NCBI GenBank assembly: GCA_963664825.1
Contig: OY761614.1
Location: forward strand, 352,001-416,000
DNA length: 64,000 nucleotides
From: an uncultured Holophaga sp.
GTDB taxonomy: Bacteria; Acidobacteriota; Holophagae; Holophagales; Holophagaceae
Direction of reading: 5' to 3'
The translations under genes were made by a program, and so were the position numbers. Below are positions 8,234-17,638 of the stretch, one piece after another (position 1 is the first letter of the stretch; each line of letters opens with the position of its first letter). Under the pieces are notes generated by a model. It was not told the origin of the DNA. It saw nothing but the letters and a program-made list of their open reading frames with translations, and searched no databases.

Positions 8234-10063
8234 ATGAAAAACCGCCTCTGGATCCCGGCCATCCTGCTCCTGCTCTTCCTGGGAGCCACCACCGCAGGCC
8301 TCCTCCTCACCCGGGAGCCCGCGCCGGTCAGCGAGGAGGACCAGCCCGCTGCCAAAGCCAAGAAGGCCGGAGCCAAACCCAAGGAGCGCCGGGTCGATCA
8401 ACGGCCCCTGCTCACGGCCCGGCGCCTCGCGCTATTGGCCCGGACGCCGGAAGAGCTGGCCCTGGCCAAGCAGGCCGAGCGTCTGGCGAACCACGATGTG
8501 GATCTGGCCTTCGCGGAGGCCATGCGCCAGACGGTCGAGAGCGCTCCACCTCCGACGCCTGAACTGAAGGCCCTCCAAGCCGAGAAGGCCAAGGCCGAAG
8601 CCGCCGTGGAGGAGGGTGAGAAGAACCTCAAGCGCCTCAATGCACTGATCCCCACCGCGAAGGGAGCAGCCCAGAGCAGCCTGGAAGACCAGATCGAGGT
8701 CACCAAGGCCCAGCTCGAACTCGACCAGGACGAACTGGAGGAGGCCGCCGAAAACCTGGAACGCGCCGGAGGCGATCCCCAGGCCAAAATCCGGCGGCTG
8801 AGGGCCGCCCAGGAGGCCGCCGAGAAGGAGGCCAGCGCAGCCCAGCCCGGCGAAACAGCCCCTTCCAGCCTCCCGGCCCGCAGCCTCCTGGCCCGCTTCC
8901 GGGAGTGGGCCAACCAGCGGAGCAAACACACCCAGCTCCTCGGGGCCCAGCAGGCCGCCCAAACGAAGATGCAGCGCATGATCCTGCGCCAGCAGACCCT
9001 TGCCCAGAGCCTCCAACAGAGCAAGGAGGCCCGCGCCGTGGTCAAGCAGCAGGCCACGGCCCTATCCCAGTCGACCCATGCCACCAGGGAAGATTCCCAG
9101 GCAGCCCGGGAATCCATCCGTGCCTTCGCCCTGGAACAGCGCAAGCTGACGGCCATCGTGAGGCGGACCCAGGACCAGCGGGAGCTGGGAGAGACCTATG
9201 GCGCCTGGATCACCCTGACGGAGGGCTATCAGCGGACGGCCCTCCATAGCCTACTAAATACCCTCCTCATCATCCTGGGCGTGATGGCCCTCGTATTCCT
9301 CCTGGACCGCATCGCCGATCATCTCTTCACGAGCCGCTCCGTGGAGAACCTGCGGGCGGGAACCCATCGCACCGTGGTGAAGATCATCATCGGCTGCCTA
9401 GGGGCCCTAGTGATCGTCTTCGTGGTGGTGGGCATGCCCGCCCAGACCACCACCATGCTGGGCCTCATGGGCGCCGGCCTCACGGTGGCCCTCAAGGACT
9501 TCATCGTGGCCTTCTTCGGCTGGTTCGTGCTCATGGGACGCAATGGCATCCGGGTGGGCGACTGGGTGGAGATCAAGGGGGTGGGCGGAGAGGTCGTGGA
9601 AATCGGCCTGCTGCGCACCATCGTGCTGGAGACGGGCAGCTGGAGCGATTCCGGCCACCCCACGGGCCGCCGCGTGGCATTCGTGAACAGCTTCGCCATG
9701 GAAGGCCACTACTTCAATTTCTCCACCGCCGGTCAGTGGATGTGGGACGAGCTCAAGGTGCTCATCCCACCCGACCAGGATCCCTACCCCATCCTGGAGG
9801 GCGTCCAGAAGCTGGTGGAGGCGGAGACCCACGCCAATGCCGACATCGCCGAAAAGGAGTGGAGCCAGGTCACCAAGCGCTACCGTGTCCGGGCCTTTTC
9901 CACCACACCCGGCATCCAACTCGTGCCCACCAGCAACGGCATTGAGCTCCGCGCCCGCTACATCACCCGCGCCTTCCAACGCCATGAAACCCGCCGCGAT
10001 CTCTACCGGGCCGTGGTGGAACTCATGCACGGGAAGCGGGTACAGAACGCGAAACCAAGCTGA
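8234..10063 (+). CDS. MscS-family mechanosensitive channel with periplasmic coiled-coil N-terminus
   Basis: GLMGAGLTVALKD, IRVGDWVEIKGVGGEVVEIGLLRT, NFS. Confidence 0.88.
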   Translation: MKNRLWIPAILLLLFLGATTAGLLLTREPAPVSEEDQPAAKAKKAGAKPKERRVDQRPLLTARRLALLARTPEELALAKQAERLANHDVDLAFAEAMRQTVESAPPPTPELKALQAEKAKAEAAVEEGEKNLKRLNALIPTAKGAAQSSLEDQIEVTKAQLELDQDELEEAAENLERAGGDPQAKIRRLRAAQEAAEKEASAAQPGETAPSSLPARSLLARFREWANQRSKHTQLLGAQQAAQTKMQRMILRQQTLAQSLQQSKEARAVVKQQATALSQSTHATREDSQAARESIRAFALEQRKLTAIVRRTQDQRELGETYGAWITLTEGYQRTALHSLLNTLLIILGVMALVFLLDRIADHLFTSRSVENLRAGTHRTVVKIIIGCLGALVIVFVVVGMPAQTTTMLGLMGAGLTVALKDFIVAFFGWFVLMGRNGIRVGDWVEIKGVGGEVVEIGLLRTIVLETGSWSDSGHPTGRRVAFVNSFAMEGHYFNFSTAGQWMWDELKVLIPPDQDPYPILEGVQKLVEAETHANADIAEKEWSQVTKRYRVRAFSTTPGIQLVPTSNGIELRARYITRAFQRHETRRDLYRAVVELMHGKRVQNAKPS

Positions 10064-10378
10064 AACCCAATTGTGCCGGAAAATCAAACCCACCACGAAG
10101 GGGATAGAAAAGCTAGGAGCAAAGCCTCCTGTTCTTTTATTCGCAGGGAATCGTTGGTCATGCCTGGACCCGGATGCAGGTCTGCCTTATCCCTTGCATT
10201 GACCCTGTGTCCACGGGGTAGGAACTGCGAGGTAATGAATAAGATGTTGTTTTCATGGAATGGGGCTTGGTAAGCTAGAACCATTCAAACGCAAGGGTGA
10301 GACACTCTTTCATCCATCAGCGCCGCACCTTGCATTCGGGCTAAGGGTCTACAGCGGCCCTTAGTCTAGGGGGTTGCT

Positions 10379-12694
10379 ATGGCTTTGCGATGGAAGCGTT
10401 GTGGTCTGATCCTGTCGGCTCTGCTGGCCTGCGTCCTGCTGGGTTGCAGCGGCTCGGGCGGGGTCCCGGTCATTACGGCCTTCTCGGCAGGTTCCACCAC
10501 CGTGGATGCCGGGGGCACAGTCGAACTGGATTGGACGGTTTCGGGGGCCAGCAGCCTTGCCATCGATAACGGGGTGGGCACCGTCACCGGCCGCAGTTCC
10601 CTGAGGGTTACCCCTTCCCAGACCACCACCTACACCCTCACCGCCTCCAATGCCAAAGGCAGTGTCAGCGCCAAGACCACCATCACGGTGAAGGTCACCC
10701 TGAGCCTGGAGCAAACGGCCCTCGTGCTCACTCCCGGAAGCACCCAGCGCTTTTCGGCAACGGTCAAGGGTTCCTCCGCCGGGGTCGCCTGGAGCGTCCT
10801 GGAGAGCGGCGGGGGTTGGATCACCGCCGACGGAGTCTACATCGCCCCCAGCACGGCGGGGATCTACCACGTCCAGGCCACCTCTCAGGCGGACGCTACG
10901 GTCTATGCCAGGGCGGCCATCACGGTGGACAGCATCGGCGTCTCCGTCCTGCCGGGATCCGCTTCCCTGGCCCCCCGGGGCTCCCTGACGCTCACGGCCA
11001 CGATCAGTGGCGCCAGCACTAATTCGGGGGTGACCTGGTCGGTTCTCGGCAACGGCGCGGGCACTCTCGTGGATAAGGGCAATGGCACGGCGCTCTATAC
11101 GGCGCCCGGAACGGCGGGCACCTACCAGGTTCAGGCTGCCAGCCTCGAGGACCCGACCAAGACAGCCACGGTAGTCCTCACGGTGAACCAAGTGGCGGTG
11201 GTCGTGTCGCCCGTCTCCCAGCGCGTGCTGGCTGGCGCTTCCCAGCCATACACCGCCACGGTCACGGGCAGCTCCAACACCGCCGTGACCTGGTCCGTGG
11301 TCGAGACAGAAGGGGGGAGCATCTCCTCCAGCGGCCTCTACACGGCCCCTACCATCGCTGGGACCTATCACATCCAGGCCACCTCGGTGGCCGATGCCAG
11401 CGCCTCGGCCACGGTGCCGGTGATGGTGGAGCTGGTGGGGGTCTCTATCTCCCCCGCCCAGGCCACCCTCGCACCGGGAGCCCCCCAGCAGTTCGCGGCC
11501 CTGGTGGCGGGTACGGAGAACACCCAGGTCACCTGGCAGGTCCAGGAGGCGGGCGGTGGTCAGATCGATAGCAGCGGAAGCTACACCGCCCCTTCCGTGA
11601 CCGGGACCTACCATGTGAGCGCCTACAGCGTGGAAGATCCGGGCAAGTCCTCCACCGCGACGGTTTCCGTTCCCAGCCGCACCCTGACCGTGGCGCTGGG
11701 AACCGACGCGAGCGGCACACCTTCGGCGAGCACCTCCGCCGTGCATGGCCAGGTGATCAGCTACAGCTATGCCGCGGCCTCGGGCTACAACCTGCAGGTC
11801 CTAGTGGATGGGGCCACGGCCCCGGCCGCGGGGACGCTCATCATGGACCGGGACCACTCAATCAGCGTGTCAACGAGCCTTGCCGTGGTAGTCACCGCCT
11901 TTTATCAGCTGGCAACCACGGTTTCCGGGGCGGTGGGGGCTCCGATCGCTGGCAGCGCCGGCTATGCCCAGGGCACCGTGGTCGCCTACTCCTATGCCCT
12001 GCAATCCGGCTACATCGAACCACTAGTGGTCACCCTGGACGGCACGGTCATCCCGGCCTCGGGGACCATCACCATGAACGGCAATCACACCCTGAGCGCC
12101 GTTGCGCACCAAGAGGTCGTGGTGGTGCCCATCCTCACCACCCGTACCCTGACAGTCAACCTGGGTTCTGGAACCTCCGGAATCCCTGCCGCCACGACCA
12201 CCTGCAATGATGGGACCGCAGTCACCTATGTCTACGCCCTGACGACTTCAGCGCCCTCCGGCTACGTCCTGTCGTCCTGGTGGATGATGTGGCCGCCGCT
12301 GGTGGATGATGTGGCCGCCGCCGCGACGGGCACCCTCACCATGAAGGCCGATCACACCATCACGGTTGCAGCGGTGGTCCTGCCCTTCAGCGTCTCCATT
12401 GATGCGAGTGGCCCCAGTGGAGGGTCTAACCCTTTGAATACCCCCGATAATCTCGGCGATTCCTACAACGCTGGTGAAACTAAGACCTACCTCGCCAGGC
12501 CCAGTGGAGGGATCCCCCCCTACACCTATAAATGGGAATCTTTGAATACCAACCCGTATGTTGTCCGTTCCACCAACCAATACCTCACGCTCCCAAATAT
12601 GCAGAGTGATACGACCCCCTATTCCTGGAGGCTGACCGTCACGGACACTAGGGGGAAGAAGACTGATGAGTTTTTTTGGCTGGCAATGAATTAG
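10379..12694 (+). CDS. Surface lipoprotein with tandem bacterial Ig-like repeats (adhesin-like)
   Basis: Lipobox LLGC; four VTWSV...G.YTAP..AGTY.V.A.S repeats, three beta-rich Y.Y...GY...V.VDG...GT..M..DH repeats, PKD-like C-terminus. Confidence 0.8.
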   Translation: MALRWKRCGLILSALLACVLLGCSGSGGVPVITAFSAGSTTVDAGGTVELDWTVSGASSLAIDNGVGTVTGRSSLRVTPSQTTTYTLTASNAKGSVSAKTTITVKVTLSLEQTALVLTPGSTQRFSATVKGSSAGVAWSVLESGGGWITADGVYIAPSTAGIYHVQATSQADATVYARAAITVDSIGVSVLPGSASLAPRGSLTLTATISGASTNSGVTWSVLGNGAGTLVDKGNGTALYTAPGTAGTYQVQAASLEDPTKTATVVLTVNQVAVVVSPVSQRVLAGASQPYTATVTGSSNTAVTWSVVETEGGSISSSGLYTAPTIAGTYHIQATSVADASASATVPVMVELVGVSISPAQATLAPGAPQQFAALVAGTENTQVTWQVQEAGGGQIDSSGSYTAPSVTGTYHVSAYSVEDPGKSSTATVSVPSRTLTVALGTDASGTPSASTSAVHGQVISYSYAAASGYNLQVLVDGATAPAAGTLIMDRDHSISVSTSLAVVVTAFYQLATTVSGAVGAPIAGSAGYAQGTVVAYSYALQSGYIEPLVVTLDGTVIPASGTITMNGNHTLSAVAHQEVVVVPILTTRTLTVNLGSGTSGIPAATTTCNDGTAVTYVYALTTSAPSGYVLSSWWMMWPPLVDDVAAAATGTLTMKADHTITVAAVVLPFSVSIDASGPSGGSNPLNTPDNLGDSYNAGETKTYLARPSGGIPPYTYKWESLNTNPYVVRSTNQYLTLPNMQSDTTPYSWRLTVTDTRGKKTDEFFWLAMN
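12277..12320 (+). repeat. Perfect 22-bp tandem duplication inside the CDS
   Basis: CTGGTGGATGATGTGGCCGCCG twice (12277-12298, 12299-12320). Confidence 0.95.
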
Positions 12695-12882
12695 GCGGCC
12701 CAGATCCTGCGGGGCTCGGAGAGACCCGCAGGACGTGACGCAGATCTGAAGCTTAAGGACGTCGGGAATAAAAACCCACCACGGAGATCACGCAGGCAAG
12801 AGCAGCCGCAGCAAGGCCTCCTGTCCCTCTCCGTGCCGAGGTGAATCCCGCCTGTTGAACACGAAACCCCATGCACCCCTGC

Positions 12883-12912
12883 GAAGAAGCCCGGCTTTCG
12901 CCGGGCTTCTTC
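12883..12912. terminator. Intrinsic terminator between convergent genes
   Basis: GAAGAAGCCCGGC-TTTC-GCCGGGCTTCTTC. Confidence 0.8.
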
Positions 12913-12928
12913 ATGGAACGAGGAAAGC

Positions 12929-13939
12929 CTACAGCGCCGTCTGGAGCACCGTCAGGATCACGGTATTGACCACGTCCTCGGCGGTGCAGCCGCGGCTGAG
13001 GTCGTTGCCGGGCTTGGCGAGACCCTGGAGCACGGGCCCGATGGCCGAGCATCCGCCGAAGCGCTCGGCGATCTTGTAGCCGATGTTGCCCGCGTTGAGT
13101 TCGGGGAAGACGAGCACATTGGCGTGGCCGGCCACCTTGGAGCCGGGGAACTTCTTCAGCCCCACGGCCGGAATCATGGCGGCGTCGAACTGGATCTCAC
13201 CGTCCACCTGGAGTTCGGGATTCCGTTCACGCACGATCCGCAGGGCCGTCCGCACCTTCTCCACCTTCTCGTGCTCGGCGCTGCCGGCTGTGCTGAAGGA
13301 GAGCATGGCCACTTTCGGATCGACTCCCAGCATGGCCTTGGCCGTGGCCGCCGAGGCCAGGGCCACGTCCGCCAGCTGTTCGGCATCGGGATCGGGCAGG
13401 ACGGCGCAATCGCCGAACATCATGGCGCCCTTTTCACCATACTTCTCGTCTGGATGGATCATCAGGAAGACGCTGCTGACGGTCTTGATGCCCTTGGCGC
13501 ATCCGATGGTGAGCAGGCAGGCCCGCACGGTTTCGCCCGTGGTATTCAGGGCCCCGGCCACGAAGCCATCGGCCTGGCCTGATCGCACCATCATGCCGCC
13601 GAAGTAGAGGGGCGATTCCAGCGTCGCAGCCGCCTTTTCCGGAGTCATGCCCTTGTGCTTGCGGGCCTCGAAGAAGGCATTGGCAAAGACCTTGGCATCG
13701 GGGTCGCTCAAGGGATCGCGCAGCGTGGCACCCGCGAGGCTCACGCCCAATTCCCCAGCCCTGGCCTGCATCTTCAGGGGATCCCCCAGCACGGTCACCC
13801 GACAGATACCTTCCTTCAGGAGCTGGGCAGCGGCCAGGAGGGTGCGGTCATCCACGCCTTCGGGCAGGACGATGTGGCGCTTCAGCCCCTTGGCGCGGGT
13901 GCGAAAGGCCTGGAACCAAGCTTCGTGAGTGGTGGTCAT
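12929..13939 (-). CDS. pta: Phosphate acetyltransferase
   Basis: [59 protein letters not shown]. Confidence 0.95.
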   Translation of the reverse strand: MTTTHEAWFQAFRTRAKGLKRHIVLPEGVDDRTLLAAAQLLKEGICRVTVLGDPLKMQARAGELGVSLAGATLRDPLSDPDAKVFANAFFEARKHKGMTPEKAAATLESPLYFGGMMVRSGQADGFVAGALNTTGETVRACLLTIGCAKGIKTVSSVFLMIHPDEKYGEKGAMMFGDCAVLPDPDAEQLADVALASAATAKAMLGVDPKVAMLSFSTAGSAEHEKVEKVRTALRIVRERNPELQVDGEIQFDAAMIPAVGLKKFPGSKVAGHANVLVFPELNAGNIGYKIAERFGGCSAIGPVLQGLAKPGNDLSRGCTAEDVVNTVILTVLQTAL

Positions 13940-14131
13940 GATTTCCCCCTGAGGCTCTCATTTTCGCAGCGGGTCCGCGGGAACGGATCACAGCTCCAGA
14001 ATATCTGCGAATCTTCCTGCGCCCCGGGCCGGGAGTGCCATATTTTTTTATCAGTTTCATTGTGGTGAAATTTATTTGTGCATCCGGCTAAACTGGGTGC
14101 ATTGTCCCAGCCCTTCTCCAGGAGGCGTCCC

Positions 14132-15451
14132 ATGAGCCCGATTCCAGCCTTCCTCCCGAGCCTCCTCGCCGCGCTGGTGTTGGGTGGCACCGGCCTTCAG
14201 GCCCAGGCAGCCCCGAAGCCCAGGCCAGAGCCTTCGGTCTACACCCGGCGGGTCCATCCGGCGGAGCCCTCGACCTCCATCGACTGGAACGCCCGCATCA
14301 CGGCCCTTCTAAAGGAAGAGCCGGGGGACATCGTCGTCACGGCCGTGGGAGACATGATCTTCAACGAGCCGATCACCCAGCTCAAGGCCCCCGAACGCCA
14401 AGGCCTCTTCCGCATCATGCAGGAAGCCGATATCGCCTACGGCAACCTGGAATTCTCCATCAACGACCGGCCGGAACTCCAGCGGCCCTTCTACAATTTC
14501 CGCGCTGGGCGGGACTTCGCCTGGGAGGTGGCCCGCACGGGCATCAACCTGGTGAGCCTATCCAATAACCACGCCCTGGATTTCGGCCCCGAGGGGCTGA
14601 AGGAATGCCTGCGCGCCCTGGATCTCACCAATATCGACTATGCCGGCGCCGGGAACAGCCTGGCGGAAGCCCATGCCCTCTGCACGCACGAGGTCCAGGG
14701 CCAGAAGACCAAATTCGGCCTGCTCTCCTACATGCGCTACTGGTCGGCGAAATACCGTTCTAAGAATGCCGATGGGCCTTCGCTAGCCACCATCGACCCG
14801 GCTGTGATCCTGGTGGCCAAGGACGGCAAGGTGGAGACCATGGAAGGCCCCCTGGAGAGCGACGTGAAGACCATGGAGGACGATATCTTCCTGGGCCGTC
14901 GGCATTCGGATCTGCTGATGGTGGCCCTCCACAACCACGACGTCACCCACAATCGCACCTTCGGCATCCAGAATAAGACGCCAGCCACCGACGAGATCAT
15001 GTTCCACCGGGCCATCGAGGCGGGCGCCGACCTGGTGCTGGGCACGGGCCCCCACGTGCTGCGGGGCATCGAGATCCACAAGGGGAAGCCCATCTTCTAC
15101 AGCCTCTCCAACTTCATCTACCAGTACCGCACGCCGGACCGCATCCCCACCGACCTCCCCCATCAGCGGGATCTGGAAATGCCCCGGCCCACCAATGTCT
15201 CCGTCTGGGACCGCCGGGATTCCCCCGAGGTCATGGAGGGCGTTCTCGTGCGCATGATCCTGAACCAGGGGAAACTGCGCCGCATCCAGCTCATCCCCTT
15301 CGCCATCGACGACGAGGGCCCCCTCTACGGCGTGCCGCGGCTGGTGAACGATGCGCGCGCCAAGGCGACCCTGGAGCGGCTCCAGAAACTCTCCACGCCC
15401 TACGGCACGAAGATCACACCCAAGGGCTGGTACGGCGAAATCGAACTGTGA
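14132..15451 (+). CDS. CapA-family secreted metallophosphatase
   Basis: AVGDMI, GNLE, SLSNNHALDFG, AGADLVLGTGPHVLRGIE, IFYSLSNF; AGGAGG RBS; signal peptide. Confidence 0.88.
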   Translation: MSPIPAFLPSLLAALVLGGTGLQAQAAPKPRPEPSVYTRRVHPAEPSTSIDWNARITALLKEEPGDIVVTAVGDMIFNEPITQLKAPERQGLFRIMQEADIAYGNLEFSINDRPELQRPFYNFRAGRDFAWEVARTGINLVSLSNNHALDFGPEGLKECLRALDLTNIDYAGAGNSLAEAHALCTHEVQGQKTKFGLLSYMRYWSAKYRSKNADGPSLATIDPAVILVAKDGKVETMEGPLESDVKTMEDDIFLGRRHSDLLMVALHNHDVTHNRTFGIQNKTPATDEIMFHRAIEAGADLVLGTGPHVLRGIEIHKGKPIFYSLSNFIYQYRTPDRIPTDLPHQRDLEMPRPTNVSVWDRRDSPEVMEGVLVRMILNQGKLRRIQLIPFAIDDEGPLYGVPRLVNDARAKATLERLQKLSTPYGTKITPKGWYGEIEL

Positions 15452-15538
15452 TGGAGGAGGGGATCCCGGAAGCCGTAACATCAGCGTCCATCGGCGTTCA
15501 GCCTTGTTTAAAAGTCCTTCAACTCTGATGCACGCCGT

Positions 15539-17635
15539 TCAGCTGATCTCAGCCAGCCTCAACCGGGCGTGTTCCTGGCGCAGCCAGGCCATCTGGCCTT
15601 CGCTCAGACCCCGTGCGAGGGTGAGCTCGGCCACTTCTCGGCAACGGCCCAGCAGCTTGCGATCCCTCAGGAGATCGGCGACCTGGAACTGGGGCACACC
15701 GGACTGGCGGGTGCCGAAGAATTCCCCCGGCCCCCGCAGTTCGAGATCCCGGGTGGCGATGCGGAACCCGTCCTGGGTCTCCACCAGGGCCCTCAGCCGC
15801 TCGGTTTCCGTGCCGCTGATCATCGCGAAATGGCTGCCTGCCGGACCGCGCCCCACCCGCCCCCGCAGCTGGTGGAGCTGGCTGAGACCGAAGCGCTCCG
15901 CGTGATCGACGACCATCACTGTCGCGTTGGGCACGTCCACTCCCACCTCGATGACGGTGGTGGCCAGGAGGATCCGGGATTCGCCTGAGACGAACCGGGC
16001 CATGCGAAGCGCCATCTCATCGGCCTTCAGGCGCCCGTGGACGACGTCGAGCCCCACCCCCGGAAACCGGGCCCGCAACAGTCCCTCCATGGCCTGGATA
16101 TCCCGAAGGGGCACCTTGGTCTCGTCCGTAGGATCGATGGCCGGACTCACCACATAGGCCTGATGGCCCTTGGCGAGTTCCCGCTCCACCAGATCCCAGA
16201 TGCGATCGGCGTTCTCAGGGTCGATGAGCCGCGTCTCGATGGGCTGGCGCCCCGGGGGCAGCTCATCGAGTACCGATTGTTCCAGATCGCCAAAGAGCGC
16301 CAGGGCCAGGCTGCGGGGGATGGGAGTCGCACTCATCACGAGCCAATGGGGATCTAGCCCCTTCCCCTTGAGGGCCTCCCGCTGCTTCACGCCGAAGCGG
16401 TGCTGCTCATCGACCACCACCAACTGGAGGTTCTGGAAGGCCACGGCCTCCTGGAAGATGGCATGGGTGCCCACCACATAGCGGGCCTCCCCGCTGGCGA
16501 TGCGCGCGAGGGCCTCGCGCTTCTCGGCGGCCTTCATGGGCCCCAGGAGCAGCTGCATCCGGGAGGCCTCCACCCCCAGAAGGCGCGCAAAGGTGCGGGC
16601 GTGCTGGCGGGCGAGCACTTCGGTGGGCACCAGCAGAGCCCCCTGGCCACCAGTTTCGGCCACCATGGCCAGGGCCAGGAAGGCCACCAGCGTTTTCCCG
16701 CTGCCCACATCGCCCTGGAGCAGGCGGTGCATGACGCGCCCCGAAGTCAGATCGTCCACGATCTCCTTGAAGGAGCGCCGCTGGGCCCCGGTGAGATGAA
16801 AGGGGAGATAGGCCCTCAGGCGCTCCCGCAGCTCGGGACTGGTGGGGATCTTGATCCCCCGCCGCCGGAGCCGACCCGCCCGGCGCAGACCCACCCCCAG
16901 CGCGAAGGCGAAGAGTTCTTCGGTGGCCAACCGCAGATGGGCAGGGGTCGTCCGGGCCTCGAGATCCAGGGGATCGGCCTCGTCCGGGGGCTGGTGTAGC
17001 AACCGCAAGGCGCTGATCAGATCCGGCAGTCCCTTGGAGAGCTCCGCCGGGAGCCATTCCTCGGAGGCCTGCACCTTCGCAAGGGCCTCCTGACTCAGCC
17101 GCCCCCGCAGGCGCCCGGTGATGGGGCCCAGCTTCCGGTAGAGGGGCAGGTAGCGCCGGATCCAGGGTTCCTCGGCTTCTGTGGCGCGACCCAGGACTTC
17201 GATGGCGGGACTGCGCATCTCCAACCCATTGCGCCCCAGGGCCAGGGGCCCGAAGGCGAGGATCCGGTCTCCGGCCTTTACCACCCTCGCCAGATAGGCC
17301 TGATTGAACCAAATGAGCCGTAGGGTGCCGCTTTCGTCTTCCAGAAGAACCTCCAGCAGGTTCATCCGCTGGACGCGAGTGGTGGTCTGGCGGAGATCCT
17401 TCACCACGCCGATGATCGTGATGATCTCCCGGTCGCTCCCGGAAGGGTGCCACCGGTCCAACTCCCCGATCCTGCGCACGGAACCCCGATCCACATAGCG
17501 GTGCGGCAGGGCCCACAGCAGGTCCCGGATGGATTCCAAACCCGCGGCAGCCAAGGCCGCCGCATAGGCGGGTCCCACGCCACGGAGGGCCGTCAACTTG
17601 GACGAAAGGGGCAGCTGAGGCAGGGACTCCGGCAA
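15539..17635 (-). CDS. recG: ATP-dependent DNA helicase RecG
   Basis: RLLQGDVGSGKT, VVDEQHRFG, MSATPIPR, QLHQLRGRVGRG, DLELRGPGEFFG.RQSG. Confidence 0.96.
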   Translation of the reverse strand: MPESLPQLPLSSKLTALRGVGPAYAAALAAAGLESIRDLLWALPHRYVDRGSVRRIGELDRWHPSGSDREIITIIGVVKDLRQTTTRVQRMNLLEVLLEDESGTLRLIWFNQAYLARVVKAGDRILAFGPLALGRNGLEMRSPAIEVLGRATEAEEPWIRRYLPLYRKLGPITGRLRGRLSQEALAKVQASEEWLPAELSKGLPDLISALRLLHQPPDEADPLDLEARTTPAHLRLATEELFAFALGVGLRRAGRLRRRGIKIPTSPELRERLRAYLPFHLTGAQRRSFKEIVDDLTSGRVMHRLLQGDVGSGKTLVAFLALAMVAETGGQGALLVPTEVLARQHARTFARLLGVEASRMQLLLGPMKAAEKREALARIASGEARYVVGTHAIFQEAVAFQNLQLVVVDEQHRFGVKQREALKGKGLDPHWLVMSATPIPRSLALALFGDLEQSVLDELPPGRQPIETRLIDPENADRIWDLVERELAKGHQAYVVSPAIDPTDETKVPLRDIQAMEGLLRARFPGVGLDVVHGRLKADEMALRMARFVSGESRILLATTVIEVGVDVPNATVMVVDHAERFGLSQLHQLRGRVGRGPAGSHFAMISGTETERLRALVETQDGFRIATRDLELRGPGEFFGTRQSGVPQFQVADLLRDRKLLGRCREVAELTLARGLSEGQMAWLRQEHARLRLAEIS

Positions 17636-17638
17636 GAC

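Noticed and set aside
10064..10378. Possible c-di-GMP riboswitch or other leader RNA before the Ig lipoprotein
   Set aside because: Hairpins and a GCAAAGCC stretch are present, but I could not assemble the GEMM P1/P2 architecture
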